A stretch of 64,000 nucleotides of DNA from assembly GCF_009914755.1 (NCBI RefSeq), contig NC_060927.1, one strand, 5' to 3'. Source of the stretch: the human T2T-CHM13v2.0 reference genome, Homo sapiens. Below are positions 40,201-54,640 of the stretch, one piece after another (the stretch's first letter is position 1; the number at the start of each line of letters is the position of its first letter). A model generated the notes under the pieces. It did not search any database and was not told the DNA's origin. It saw only the letters and a program-made list of their open reading frames with translations. The position numbers were made by a program, and so were the translations under genes.

Positions 40201-42837
40201 AGGCTACTATTATCCTAACAGAAAAATGAGACAAGGACACAACATAAAAAGAAAGCTACAGGCTAATATCTCTAAAGAACATAGATGCAAACTCTTCAAG
40301 AAAATGCTAGCAAACTGAATATAACACATTAAAAGATCATCATAATCGAGTGCAATTAATCTTGGCGATACAAGTGTGATTTAACATATGAAAATTAATA
40401 AATGTGTTACATCACATCAACAGAATGTAGAACAAAAACCATATGAACTTTGCAATAGCACACAAAAAAGTTAACATCCCTTCATGATAAAAACTCTGAA
40501 CAAACTGGGAATAGAAGCGAAATACCTCAACACAATAAAAGCCTATATGAGAAACCCACTGCCCATATTACTTTAAATGAGGAAAAACTGACAGCCTTCC
40601 CTCTGACATGTCCAACAACACAAGAATGCCCACTTTCACTCCTTTTATTCAACACAGTATTTAACATCCTAGCCAGAGCAATTAGAAAAGAGTAAAAATA
40701 AAAGCCATCTGAATTGGAAAGGAAAAAGTCAAACTATCCTTGTTTGCAGAAAATCTAATCTTATATTTAGAAAACCTAAAAACTCCATCAGGAAGCCATT
40801 AAAACTGATAAAAAATTTCAGTAAAGTTGCAGAATACAAAAATCAACATACAAAAATAACTAGCTTTTCTATATGCCAATAGCAAATTAGAAAAGAAACC
40901 AAGAAAGTAATCCTATTTATAATAGCTAAAAAGGAAATTTAAAAGCTAGAAATAAATTTTGCCAAAGAAGTGAAAAAGCTCTACATTGAAAACCATAAAA
41001 CATCGATGCAAGAAATTGATGCAGACCACACAAAAAAACCAGAAAGATATTCCATGTTGATGGATTGGAAGAATCAATATTATTAAAATGCCCATATTAC
41101 CAAAATCAATCTACAAATTCAATACAATCTCTATCAAAATGTCTGTGAGATTCTTCATAGAAATAGAAACAATCTTTCTGAAATTTACATGAAATCACAA
41201 AAGACCAAAGAAATCTTGAGCAAAAAGAACAAAGCTGGAGACATCTCATTGCATGACTTAAAAATACAATACAAAGTTATAGTAACTCAAACATCATGAC
41301 CCAGGCATAACAACAGACATATAGACCAATGGAACAGAATAGTAAACCCAGAAATAATTTCATACATCTACAGTGGGCTCATGTTTACAAAGGTATCGAG
41401 AACATGCATTGGGGAAAGAGCAATCTCTTCAATAAATGGTGCTGGGAGAACTGGATATTCATTTGCAGAAGAATGAAACTAGTCCCCTATCTGTCACCGT
41501 ATACTAAAGTAAAATAAAAATGTTTTAAATATTTAAGTATGAGATGTCAAATTATGAAACTACTAAAATAAAACTTTGGGGAAACCCTGCAGGACATTGG
41601 ACTGGGCAAAGAGTTCTTGAGTAATACTCCACAAGCACATGTAACCAAAGAAAACATGGACAAAGGGGATCACATCAAATTAAAAAGTCACTGCACAGCA
41701 AAGAAAACAATCAACAAAGTGAAGAGATGGTCCACAGAATACGAGATGATTTTTGCTAACTACCTATATGACACGGGATTCATAACCACAATAGATAAGG
41801 AGCTCAAGCAACTCAATAGGAAACAAAAATAAATCTTATTTTTTTAATGGGCAAAAGACCCGAATAGATACTTTTATCAAAAGAAGACATACAAATGGCC
41901 AACAGATAAGTGAAAAAATGCTCAATATCACTAATTATAGAGAAATGTCAATCAAAACTAAAATGAGATATTATTTCACCTCAGGTAAAATGGCTTTCAT
42001 TTTAAAAAGGCAATAACAAGTGATGGCAGGAATGGGAAGGAAGGGGAACCCTCATACACTGTTTATGGGAATGTAAATTCATACAGCCCCAATGGATAAT
42101 AGTATGGAGGCTTCTCAAAAAAAATAAAAATAGAAATACAATAGACCCAGCAATTCCACAGATGGGTATATATATCCAAAGAAAGGAAATCAGCATGGCA
42201 AATTTATATCTGTATGCCCATATTTATTGCAGTACTACTCGCAATGTTTATCAAGATATAAATGAACGTATGTGTCCATCGACAAATGGATGGATAATGA
42301 AAATATGGTACATATACACAATGGAATATTATTCAGCCATAAAAAGAATGAAATCCTGTCATTTGCAATCACATGGATAGAACTGGCAGACATTATGTTA
42401 AGTGACATAAGCCAGGCACAGAAAGACAAATATTATATCCATTCGCTTACATGTGGGAGCTAAAGAGAAAAAAAATGAAGTCATGGAGATAAGGAGTAGA
42501 ATGATGGTTACCACAGCCTGGGAAGAGCAGTGGGGGTGGGAAATAAAAATGGGGTGATTAATGGAAACAAAATTACAGTTAGATAGAAGAACTAAAATTT
42601 ATTATTCAGGAGAAAAATAGGCCGACTACAGTTTACAATTATACATTATTTCAAAATAATTTTAAAAGGTGAAATCAGAATGTTCCTAACACAAAGAAAT
42701 GATAAATGCTTGAGATGATGAATATCCCAATTACCCTGATTTGGTCATTACACATTGCAGGCTTCTATCAAAATATCACATGTATTCCATAAGTATGTAC
42801 AACTGTTATGTATCCATAATAAAGGTTTTTAAAAAAC
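37273..42837 (+). mobile_element. L1MA2/3-like element with 5' UTR, ORF1 largely deleted, degenerate ORF2 and 3' UTR
   Basis: 14-bp TSD AGAAATTTGACTCA (37259-37272 and 42838-42851). 5' UTR 37280-38160. ORF2 starts ~38680 (MTVVSRYLSVITLNVNRL). L1MA-type 3' UTR. Confidence 0.9.
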
Positions 42838-45019
42838 AGAAATTTGACTCATGGCTGTCTTTTCTGTACAGTTACTTACTTAGCACAACCTATATTCAAA
42901 GTGGTCATATATTTTCAACGCACCACACTTACCTGAAATTTTTTCATGGAAATTTTCTGTGCTAAATAGCAGTTAGATTTATTTTCAATATAATACAATG
43001 CCTCTTTTCAAAACCTACTTTCTGAAGGGTTAATGCTCACACACATACCATGTATATAATGCATATGTACTATGTATAATATTTTATATGTATTTTATGT
43101 AAGAATAATTTGGATAATTTCTTTTTCATTTTATTACTACAAATGATCTCCTAAGGCACATCAAGCATATGCTGATGTTTTTTCAGCATGATGTATGAAA
43201 ACTGTGTGGTAAGGATGTAGCTTATTAATCTTATTCTCCAGAGGTAGTTATTTTATACCCTAGACCACAGATTTAATTATCTATATCTTCACAATGCTTA
43301 CTTTGCAAACTAGAGGTATTTTTAGCAATTATTTAATCTTACCTTGAATCCAGTCATAGTATTTTGATGTCCTCCTGGAACTGCAAAATCTACAATTTTG
43401 TCACATAATGTATTTGGAAAATGAATAATATTTATTCTAAATGTGATCTCTGTTTTATCTAGATTAATTAGTTCTGTCAAATTAAACTATTATTTCATGT
43501 TATGCCTAAATTTATGCATTTTTCTCCATTATATATAGAGAAAAAACAAAACAAACACAGGCAAAGGAGCTTTAAGTGCTTTAATAATACAAAAGTATAT
43601 CTTTCTTATCAAGATGAAGGAAGCTGTGAATGCAAACTTTGAAACAGCACTAACTCTTTCATTTTTTTCCTACTACATTCTGCTATTTTAAGAAAAGTCC
43701 TAATTAAACATATGCTAGTTACTTATATAAAATTGTTTTTATTTTTAGTCTCACTTTTTGGTAAAAGAAAATTCCATTTCAAAGTCAATGATATAAATTT
43801 TTTAAGAATATTTGAGTAGACTGCCTTCAACAAATTGGAGGAGGCTCAAATCTAAAAACTAATTTTTAAAATAGTAAGAGCATAATTATTGCTTTTATTA
43901 AAAAGTGAATATAGGAAGAAACAAAATGAGAATTAAACATTGAATATTATTTGGAAATTAATGAATGAAAATAATTCCTCTTTCTGTTGTTTAGTAGCAT
44001 GTTATAATAACATATTACTATCAGATATTCACTATTTAATATTTTTGAATTAACAGTGTATCAAGATTAAATTCTGCCGGTGCCAGACAGATTATGTGAA
44101 CATAAATAATTATATTTTATAGAAAAATGTGTGGACAGGTACTGTTTTAAGCACTTTACACATATTCTTAATACTACATGTAACTCTTTCAAAAAGCTAT
44201 TTTAATTCACTAATTTACTATTGAAACAACTAAGGAATAAAAAAACAGATAAATTTATCATGGTTATAAGACCTAAAAAAATTTACTTTGACATCTTTTA
44301 GTAATAATTTGGGCAGCCTGACTTCAGAATTCACAATCCACACTCATAAGCCCATGAAGGGATCTTTGCCTCCTACTATTATAAAGCTTCAAGTTTATGA
44401 GTTCACAATTCCATGGTTCATGATATTGATTTCTACTCATCCTTCTGGGTATTCACATCTTAGATTTGTACATATTTCAAGAAGTCGGGGAAAACTACTG
44501 AAAATGTAATACTGTTATTTTGAAAGTACAAAACTTCAAAGTTTATTAACTGGTATACATTTAAAAATATTTTAGATATTACTAGATAATTTTTAATTTC
44601 AGAATGTTTGCTTGTCCAGTGTGGAAATAATGTTTTTAGTATGTGGTTTTAATTTTGCCTTCGACAAAACAGAATAATTTAATTATTAAATTTGGTTTAA
44701 ACTTTTAATTAGAAATAGAAAAAATTTTACAGCTCACAAAAATATAAATCTAGTAATTCAGACTAAATAATATAACTAAATCTAAAATAATTATTTATTA
44801 ACATGATTAGCAAACATTAATTTATGTCAAAATTATCTCTAATACCTGGAAACCAAAAATAGTATTTATATCACATTGTAATACAATAACCAAAATCAAA
44901 GTTTTATTAAAATTAATTTAAAATTGTGATCTTTAATTACAGAAATATTAGAAATATTAGAAAATTAATTAGAAATTAGAAAAATTTCCCCTTAAACTTA
45001 CATTTTTCTTAAAAACTAA

Positions 45020-47796
45020 CTGTGGGGTGCAGCATACAGGAATCCTGAATGTAGCCACTCCATCCTAACAAGTACAAAGTTTAAAAAATATAGAGAAAGT
45101 AACAACTCCTTAGGTCCACAAGAGAAGTGAGGTCATAGGCAAATTGCTACCCACAAAATTGAAGAGACTGTCAAACAAATAAAGAGTCATCATTTACAAT
45201 AGGAGAAACTCATGAGTAGCAACCTCCATGGGAACTAATGCTGAGTACATTATGTTTGACTACTACAAAAAATTAGAAGATATACTAAATGACAAAAAAC
45301 ACTGTATGAATATACAAAGCAGGAATCAGAACCAGACTAAGATGTGGCAAAGATGTTGGAATTATTAGACAAATAATTTAAAGCAAGTATGGTTTATATG
45401 CCAAAAATACTAATGGATAAAGTCCACAATGCGTAAGTAAGAACAGATAGGCAATGCAAGTAGAGGTGAAAATTCTCATAAAGAAGCAAATAGAAATTCT
45501 AGAAATCCAAAAACCATAGGAGAAATTAGGAAGGCCTATGAAAACTCATTAGTTGACTGAATACAACTGATAAAATAATCTCTGAGCTTGAGGATATCTC
45601 AATAGAACCTCCTAAAACTAAAAGAGGAAAAGACTGAAAAGAATTCAGAAAAGAATATTCAAGAACTATGTGACAATTATAAAATGTGTAAACACATATA
45701 ATGAGAATACCTAAGGAGAAGAGAGAAAGAAAGAAACAGATGAAATATTGGAACAATAATGATCAAACATTTCCTTTAAATTGATAGGCACCAAACCACA
45801 GATTTCAGAAGCTGAAGAGAACACCAAGTAGGATAAGTGCCAGAAGAACTACACTCAGGCATATTATTTTCAAAGCACAGAAAATCAAAGAAAAAAAGAG
45901 AGAATATGGAATCATATAAAATGTTCATTTAAAACAACAAAAGACAGAAAAAGAATGGAAGACAAAAAGAGGAACAAAGAACAAAGACAAATAGAAAGCA
46001 TTAAAAATATAATAGATATTAATCTAACTATATAAGTATTCATTTTGAATTTTAATGTTCTACATAAATCAATTAAAATATACATTTTCAGAGTGGATCA
46101 AAAGACAAGACCTAATTACATGTTGTCTAAAATAAACTGATTTTCAACATAAAGACAAATATAGATTAAAAGGGAATGGATGGGGAAAAATATACTATGC
46201 TAATATTAATCAAAGGAAAGCAGAAGTAGCTATATTAATTTTAGACAGAAGCATTAAACAAAATTAAAAGGTTCAATTCTTAATGTGTACACAGTTAACA
46301 ACAGAAAATTAAAATATGTAAGTAAAGATTAATAGAACTTTAAGGAGAAATATATAAACTCACTGTTATAGTTAGAGATTGCAACAGCTTCCTTTCAGAA
46401 AGAGGCAGACCCAAAAGGTAGAAAATCAGTAAATATTAGTAGAACCCAACAACATTATCAATTAAATGGATATACTAGGTGTATGTGTCCTACTTTATCC
46501 AATAACAGCAGAATACATGTTATTCTCATGCTTACATGTAATTTTCACTGACACAGGGCACATTCTGGGACATAAAACACACCTTAAAAAGTTTAAAAGA
46601 ATGGAAATCATACAATGTCTGCTTTCTGACCACAGTGGAATTAAACTAGAAATTAATAACAGAAATATAGCTGGTAAAAATTTAAAATACTTGGAGATTA
46701 TCTAACAGGCTTCTTAATAGCACATGGGTGAAAAAAGAAATCTCAAGAGAATTTAAAAATATTTTGAATGAAATTACACTGAAAACACAGTTTATCAAAA
46801 TGTGTGGGATGCAACAAAAGCAGTGCTTCGAGGGAAATTTATAGCAAGACTAAGCTTCCAGCCTAGGACACTAGAAAAATAAGAGCTAACTAATTCAAAG
46901 TAAGCAGATGAAAAGAAATACTAAAAGTTTAATCAGAAATCAATAAAATTGAAAACAAGAAATCAATAGAGATAATCAAGGAAACAAAAATCTGATTGTT
47001 TGAAAACATCAGTAAGGTTGATAAGTCTCCAGTCAGGCTAATTAGAGAGAGAGAAAGAGAGAACACAAATTCCTGATAAAAAAATAAAAGAAAGACCATC
47101 ACTACATATTAATGGACCTTAAAAGGATAATAAAGAAATGCTACGAACATGTCTCCATTCACAAATTTGATATCCTAGATGAATGAATGAATCAATTCCT
47201 TGAAAAATAGAATCTACCAAAACTCATAAAAGAAAATCTGAATAGGCCTGTATCAGATTTTTAAGAAATTTAATTAAGTATTAATTACCTTCTCAAACAG
47301 AAAGCACAAGCCCTAGATGGGTTTACCAGTGAATTTAAGAAAGCAATTATACCAATTCTCTAGAACCCCTTTAAGAACACATAAGTAAAGGGCATACTCC
47401 CTATCTCAGTCTCTGAGGCTAGCATTACTATTATATCAAAACTAGAAAGAGAAATTTCAAGGAAAGAAAACTTCAGGCCAATATTACTCATGAACAGAGA
47501 TGCAAAATTCCTCAACCAAATATCATTACATTGAATCCAGCAATATGTAAAAAGAATTGTACACCTTGACCAAGTAGGATTTATTCCAGATAGGCAAGTC
47601 TGATTCATCATGCAAATATCAGTTAATGTAGTCTATCATATCAACAGGCTAAGCAAGAAAAATCACATGATCATATAGATGCAGAAAGATCAATTTACAA
47701 AATCCAACTTTTAGTAAACTGTGAATAAAAGGAAACTTCCTCAACTTGATAAAACTTAACTACAAAAAGCCTACAGCTAACATCATACCTAAAAGT
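45020..47796 (+). mobile_element. Old L1 (L1MC-like) 5' end through RT N-terminus, with internal deletions
   Basis: Endonuclease remnant ILGHKTHLKKFKRMEIIQCLLSDHSGIKLEIN (ORF 46466-46705) and RT-proximal text to ~47790. Confidence 0.75.
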
Positions 47797-48930
47797 GTTT
47801 TGATTTTTAATCCACTCAGCCACTTTTTATCTTTTGATTTGTAACTCTAATTCATATAATCTTAAAATAATTATTGATAGGGAAATATGTACTATTGCCA
47901 CTTTGTTAACTGTTTTCTGTTTGTCTTATAGTTCTTTTGTCCCTATTTTTCTCGCTTTAAATCTTCCTTTATATTTCATGCTTGTTGTTGTTGTTGTTGC
48001 TGTTGTTTTGGTACTGATGGACTTCGTTCTTCTCTCTCTCTCTCTCTTAGCTTTTATTTTTGATTCGGGAATACATGTGAAGGTTTGTTACATAGGTAAA
48101 TTCATGTCTCAGGAATTTGTTCTTCCAGATTACTTTATCAGTCAGAAATTAAGCCTAGTACCCAATAGTTATCTTTTCTGCTCCTCTCCCTCCTCTCCTC
48201 CTCACCCTCAAGAAGACCCTGGCGTCTGTCGTTTCCTTCTTTGTGTCCATAAGTGCTCATCGTTTAGCTCCCACTTATAAGCGAGAACATGCAGTATTTT
48301 GTTTTCTGTTCCTGTGTTAGTTTGCTGAGGATAATAGCCTCTAGCTCCATCCATGTTCCTGCAAAAGACATGATCTTGTTCTTTTTTATGGCTGCCTAGT
48401 ATTTCAAATCTCAGGACCCATTTTCTCTTTTTATTTTGTGTAACTTCCATGGGTATTTTCTTTGTGATTACCATGTAGCTTACATAAAATATCTACAGTT
48501 TTAACAGTCTCTTTTAAACTCACTTCACTTGCATAGCAAAACTGTACAATTTTACCTCTCCTCTCTTAATATTATATGCTATTGATGTCACAATTTACAT
48601 TTTTATATTGTGTATTCATTAAAATTATTTATAGTTAGTTCTGACATTTTAATCCTTTAACTTATATTTAAAAGCAATTTATCCATTATTATAGTAATAC
48701 AGGATTCTGTTTTTGTCTATATAATTACCTTTACCAACAAGTTTTATAGTGTCTTATGCTTTTGTGTTGCTGTTTATTGTCCTTTTGTTTCAACTTGAAG
48801 AACTTCCTTTAGCATTTCTTGTAAGGTAAGTCTAATGGTGATGAATGAACTCTCTCACCTTTTGTTTATCTGAAAAAGTTTTCATCTCCCTCTTCATTTT
48901 TGAAAGATAGGTTTGCTGGGTATAAATAGT
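47797..48930 (-). mobile_element. Old L1 fragment (ORF1 end / inter-ORF)
   Basis: Minus-strand peptide KREMKTFSDKQKVREFI resembles the ORF1p C-terminus. Confidence 0.7.
48050..48405 (-). mobile_element. L1PA15/16-like 3' end nested in the older L1
   Basis: atacatgtgaaggtttgttacataggtaaa...gctcccacttataagcgagaacatgcag. Confidence 0.85.
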
Positions 48931-49425
48931 ATTGTTTTTAAAATATGATAAAGAGAGAATTTGTGCAACACATTGAGTTTGACTAACAACTATTGGTAAT
49001 GCAAAATTCTTAAAGGCAGCAATATTGAATAATAAAATAGTAATCATTTCTTCGCATCATTCATCTAGAATCATTTCATGAATGAGTTTCCATCTTTCCA
49101 ATATCCTTTGACACTACATTAATTTGCAAACTACATTTGCTTAGATATGGTTGTCATTTCATTCTAAAGGAGCAGATTATAGTTTTCATTTCTACACCAG
49201 AACTAAACTCTCCTTACTTTGCAAAGGCATTACATATAATTAATTCTCAATATGTAGCCCACATGAAAGACTATATACAAAAATATTTCTTTATGTGTTT
49301 CTGTGTCTTACAAATTTGAATACTCAACTAAAAATTAGAATTTTAAAGGGAAAATTATTTTAAGGAAAAGTAGGGCTAAATTTTCACAGGGATGATAATA
49401 TCACATTTTAACTATATTCTCTTCA

Positions 49426-49496
49426 GCTTTTAAATCATTTAAAGTCTTAATTTGTGATAATGCTTTTAAATCATTAAAGTCTTAATTTGTGATAAT
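49426..49496. repeat. 35/36-bp tandem duplication
   Basis: gcttttaaatcatt(t)aaagtcttaatttgtgataat x2. Confidence 0.9.
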
Positions 49497-49677
49497 ATTT
49501 TCTGGTAATAGGCAAATTACCAATGCCTATTAAAATCTAATATTTAATAATATGCATTCACCTTAGTCTAGCCAACTCACCTATGATTTTAATTAAAAAG
49601 GATTATAAATTTTAAATATCTATTTATGCTATCTGTGTTTTCTATTTTCCTAAATTAATTTATGCTTTTAAACAAAC

Positions 49678-49809
49678 ATTTGAAATTGTTTGTATAGTAT
49701 TTATTTTGAACTTTGAAATATTTTTTGTATAGTATTTTCATATTTTGAAATTATTTGTATAGTATTTTCATATTTTGAAATTATGTTTGTATAGTATTTA
49801 CTTTGAACT
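49678..49809. repeat. AT-rich minisatellite, ~30-bp unit x4
   Basis: tttgaaattatttgtatagtattttcatat repeats. Confidence 0.85.
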
Positions 49810-50040
49810 TCGCTTAACATAATCACAAGAAGTAGAGATTTAGAAAAAGCAGTTTATTCTGTATATCCTGGACATCAGTTTTTTCTACATTTGCAAGCCC
49901 ACTGTAAAGTTAGAGGCAATAGTTACAATCACCATTAGGTAATAAGTTTTAGGAGAACAGAAACTTCAGAGATAGCAAGATTAATTCTTAAAGGCTAATA
50001 CTCTTCTTGATATATAGTATTATAGGTACTCAATAAATAG

Positions 50041-50438
<398 letters not shown>

Positions 50439-50954
50439 TGTATCAGGTATTTTTAATTACTAACAAATTAAATTATCATAACTCCTGTCCATATTTTTAG
50501 AAAATGTAACCTTATCATCAATTAACCATGAATCCCCAATCTAAGCATGTCTTAGCCTTCTTATGTACAATGACCTTTTTCCTTTTCTTATCTGTAATAT
50601 GTTGTCATAGTTAAATCTTGAACTTGTCATCACCAGAAAAGGTAAACCTTAAAACCTTAATATCAAAGGTCATTTTGTCCTCCTATCCCATTTATTCAAG
50701 GACAATACCAATTTATTCTGATTGCCAATACTAGACCATTTATTCAATGATTATGTCAGTATCTTGTCAGCTTTCTCCTAGATCCACATTGTTAAAGTCT
50801 GGATTCTAGTCTGACTTATTAATACCCCTTTGTAAAACTAATTTCTTTTTGCCTTTCTTGCTCCTAAATTCTTCATTTCTATTCTCTAGCAAACTCTTAT
50901 CTTCATATATAACCTGACTATTTAATTATCTATGCCAGGGGCTTAGTTAAATAT

Positions 50955-51029
50955 GGGAAGAAGAAGAAGAAGAAGGAGGAGGAGAAGGAGGAAGAGGAGG
51001 AGAAGGAGAAGGAGGGGGAGGGGGAGGGG
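50955..51029. repeat. Polypurine (GAA)n-(GGA)n-(GGGGGA)n tract
   Basis: 75 consecutive purines. Confidence 0.95.
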
Positions 51030-52118
51030 TGCACAATAAATGTGATTGGTATCACTATGATTTATCACCACAGGTTTACATTCTAATTTCCTAGATGACT
51101 ACTTTATAATATCCTTTTTGCTCAAACTTCCATGTACCTTCACAACTCTAGTTTCAACCAATGACTTCCAACATCCTGTATTTTAAAAACTGAAAAATTG
51201 TAGCTATTTGATGCAAACTCCATCATCTTTCCACCACATATATTACAGCTTACCTGAACCTTCACTCACTTTCTCCTTCTACACTTTGCTTTCAGTGAAG
51301 GAACTGTCCCTGCTCCTGTTCAAGCGCTCCACTTTCCCCTTCAAACTAATTAGTTCCATCTCCTTTGCCATCACTTTATTATTCCATCTAGATCATTCTC
51401 ATAGTCTTTCAAATGTGTCCTTAAAAAGAAAACAAATCAAACTCTTTCCTAGGAGCCAAGGCACTTCCAGCTACCACCACATTTCTCTGCATGCTACTCT
51501 TCAGTCAATTATAATAATGGGTTCATTGTCTCATGTTTTATTTGCTCAGAGATTATATTTCATAACATTTATCTTGAAATATTTACTTTTACAAGTTACA
51601 ACAGAGCAAAATATTACAGAAAAACTTTCTCACTACCACCTCATCTCTCTAGTTCTACTCTTTTCCTCGAAGGTCAACAGAGTTTTCTTTTAAATATAAA
51701 TTCTTCAATAATGTTTGTGTATAGATTACTTATTTATTTACATATTACACCCTTGATCTTATTTTATAGGTTTAAAAAGTTAAATGAGATCATATGATAC
51801 ATATTTTATGCTATTTTGTTTCCTTTTAAAATTCTCTTGGGCATTAGTTCATGCCAAAGCATAGTAATCTTCATGTTTATTAGTAACTGCATAATTTTAT
51901 ATTTTATGGACACACTATTATTGGATCACTTCCATGTAGACAAATAGTTTCCAAATTACTACTAGTATAAATAGAATGGCATTACAATACCTTTATGTGT
52001 CTCTTTGTCTGTATATGAACAATTTCATTGAAATAGTTGACTGAAAAATAACAGTCGAACTGTATGCATGTGTTATAATTTTATTATAAACATATTTTTC
52101 CAAAGTTATCTAGATATC

Positions 52119-52920
<802 letters not shown>

Positions 52921-53916
52921 GTATTATATTTTACACATATTATTCAATTATAATAGATAATGCATTTTCTAAATTTTTTTAAATTATCAGATTAAGAATA
53001 CACAGAGTGTAAATATTATTTTATTTTTCAACATCTTTATATAGAAACATACTAAATCTACTCAAAAAGTCTAAGGGACAGTATAATAAATCACATACAC
53101 TCCTTATCTAGATTCCCCAATTGTCACCATTTTGCCACATTGTTTTATCTCTCTTTCATTTTTTTCACTGAATCTTAGGAAACTGGTCTGCACATACAGT
53201 GAAACTTCACCTTCAGATACTTCATTGTGTTTCCTAAAAATAGTGACACTGGCATTTAGGAAGAGTACAGGAGAATTGTTATGTAGAATTAGATTTCTCT
53301 CAACTTGGGATTGTCTGATTATTTATCCTTATTAAATAGAAGTTATGAGGCTTTACTAGAATAATATGTAAATAATATTTAAGATGTCTCTGATGACTGT
53401 GATTATTAGAATAATGTGTAAATAATATTTAAGGTATCCCTGATGATATTGAGGAAGTTACAAGGCATGCCAAGAGTAGAGTATAAGTCAGTAAGCTGTC
53501 TTTGGGACTGGGGAGTCCATGTTCTTCTGGTTAAAAGTCTCACTTAGGTTCTACCATGTCATTCTATCTGACTGAAGAAGATTCCACTCTCTTTCTCTGT
53601 GACAAGTACCTCTGTTACCTATAGTTCAATTTGACAAAAGGAAAGGGATGAGGAGAGTGAGGAGTACAGGTGCAGTTGAGGTGTGGGGATGTGAAGTGGG
53701 TTATCACTTAGAATACAAGCTGATTACTCTTTCACAACTAATCACCAGTTTTATTGTTTTTGAACATTGTCCAACTCTTTGTTTTATTTGAATTTAAAGC
53801 ATTGTGAAACCTTATCTAGCATTTCATAAAAGCCTTTCCTGTTGCTTTGGATGAAGGTTTTTAATGTAAGGACAACCCCATCTATTAGGGGTTCCTCAAC
53901 TCCTCAGCACATTTTT

Positions 53917-54046
53917 TCTCTCTCTCTCTCTCTATATATATATAAATATATATAGCTATATATATGTATAGCTATCTTTTATCTAGATTTATAAATAGCT
54001 ATATATATCTTTATATATCTGTCTATATGTGTTTTATATATATATC
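53917..54046. repeat. (TC)n(TA)n low-complexity repeat
   Basis: Seen directly. Confidence 0.85.
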
Positions 54047-54189
54047 TTTTTATTGTAATACATAATATATGTATGTAAAAATACATTCCTAAATGTATAT
54101 TAATTCAATAGTAAAGTTTACATTGAATCGTGTAAATTTGATTTCCCTATCAGGAAATCTACCAACACATACTGTACTTGGAAAAACAT

Positions 54190-54640
54190 TCAATTATCTT
54201 ACTAACCCCACAGAGCCATGTAAGACTGACCTTTGTCTACTCCTCCAACCTCATCTCATACTGCACCTGTCTCCCTGCCCCCATCTCAGATCCAGCCATA
54301 CTGTTATTTTTTATCTTTCTTACTTTCCCAAAAAGCTTTTTCCTATATTAGGGTTTTTGCTATTCCTGAAATAATCCTACTACTCAGAAATTTTTATAAC
54401 TAGTTATCCTTTATGTTTTAGATTTTAGCTTAAATATCTTTTCTGAGGAAAATTATCTGATGATTCCATCTCAAATATTACAAAGACACACACACACACG
54501 CACACACACTGTGTTTTGTACTTTATGGTATCTACTACTATCTAAAAAAAACTGTTTGTTTTACGTGTTGGTGTTCAATCACCCTCATGAGTTTGTAAGC
54601 TCCCTGAGTTTAGAATGTCTTTATCATGTTCATATGGTTT
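54190..54640 (+). mobile_element. L2 3' fragment with (CA)n
   Basis: ctacctcctccaacctcatctc-like text, ...tttagattttagcttaaatatc...tgtaagctccctgag. Confidence 0.5.

Noticed and set aside
47834-48280. 148-aa hydrophobic ORF resembling a membrane protein
   Set aside because: It is an antisense read of L1 pieces plus (GTT)n and (CT)n repeats.
49678-49809. ~30-bp repeats as a CRISPR-like array
   Set aside because: No unique spacers, no cas genes, and a mammalian context. It is a minisatellite.
51208-51693. 161-aa ORF outside obvious young repeats
   Set aside because: TTG start, Leu/Ser/Phe composition driven by pyrimidine-rich decayed repeat sequence, and no recognisable domain.
53941-53970. 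Near-perfect 30-bp palindrome
   Set aside because: A by-product of (TA)n low complexity.
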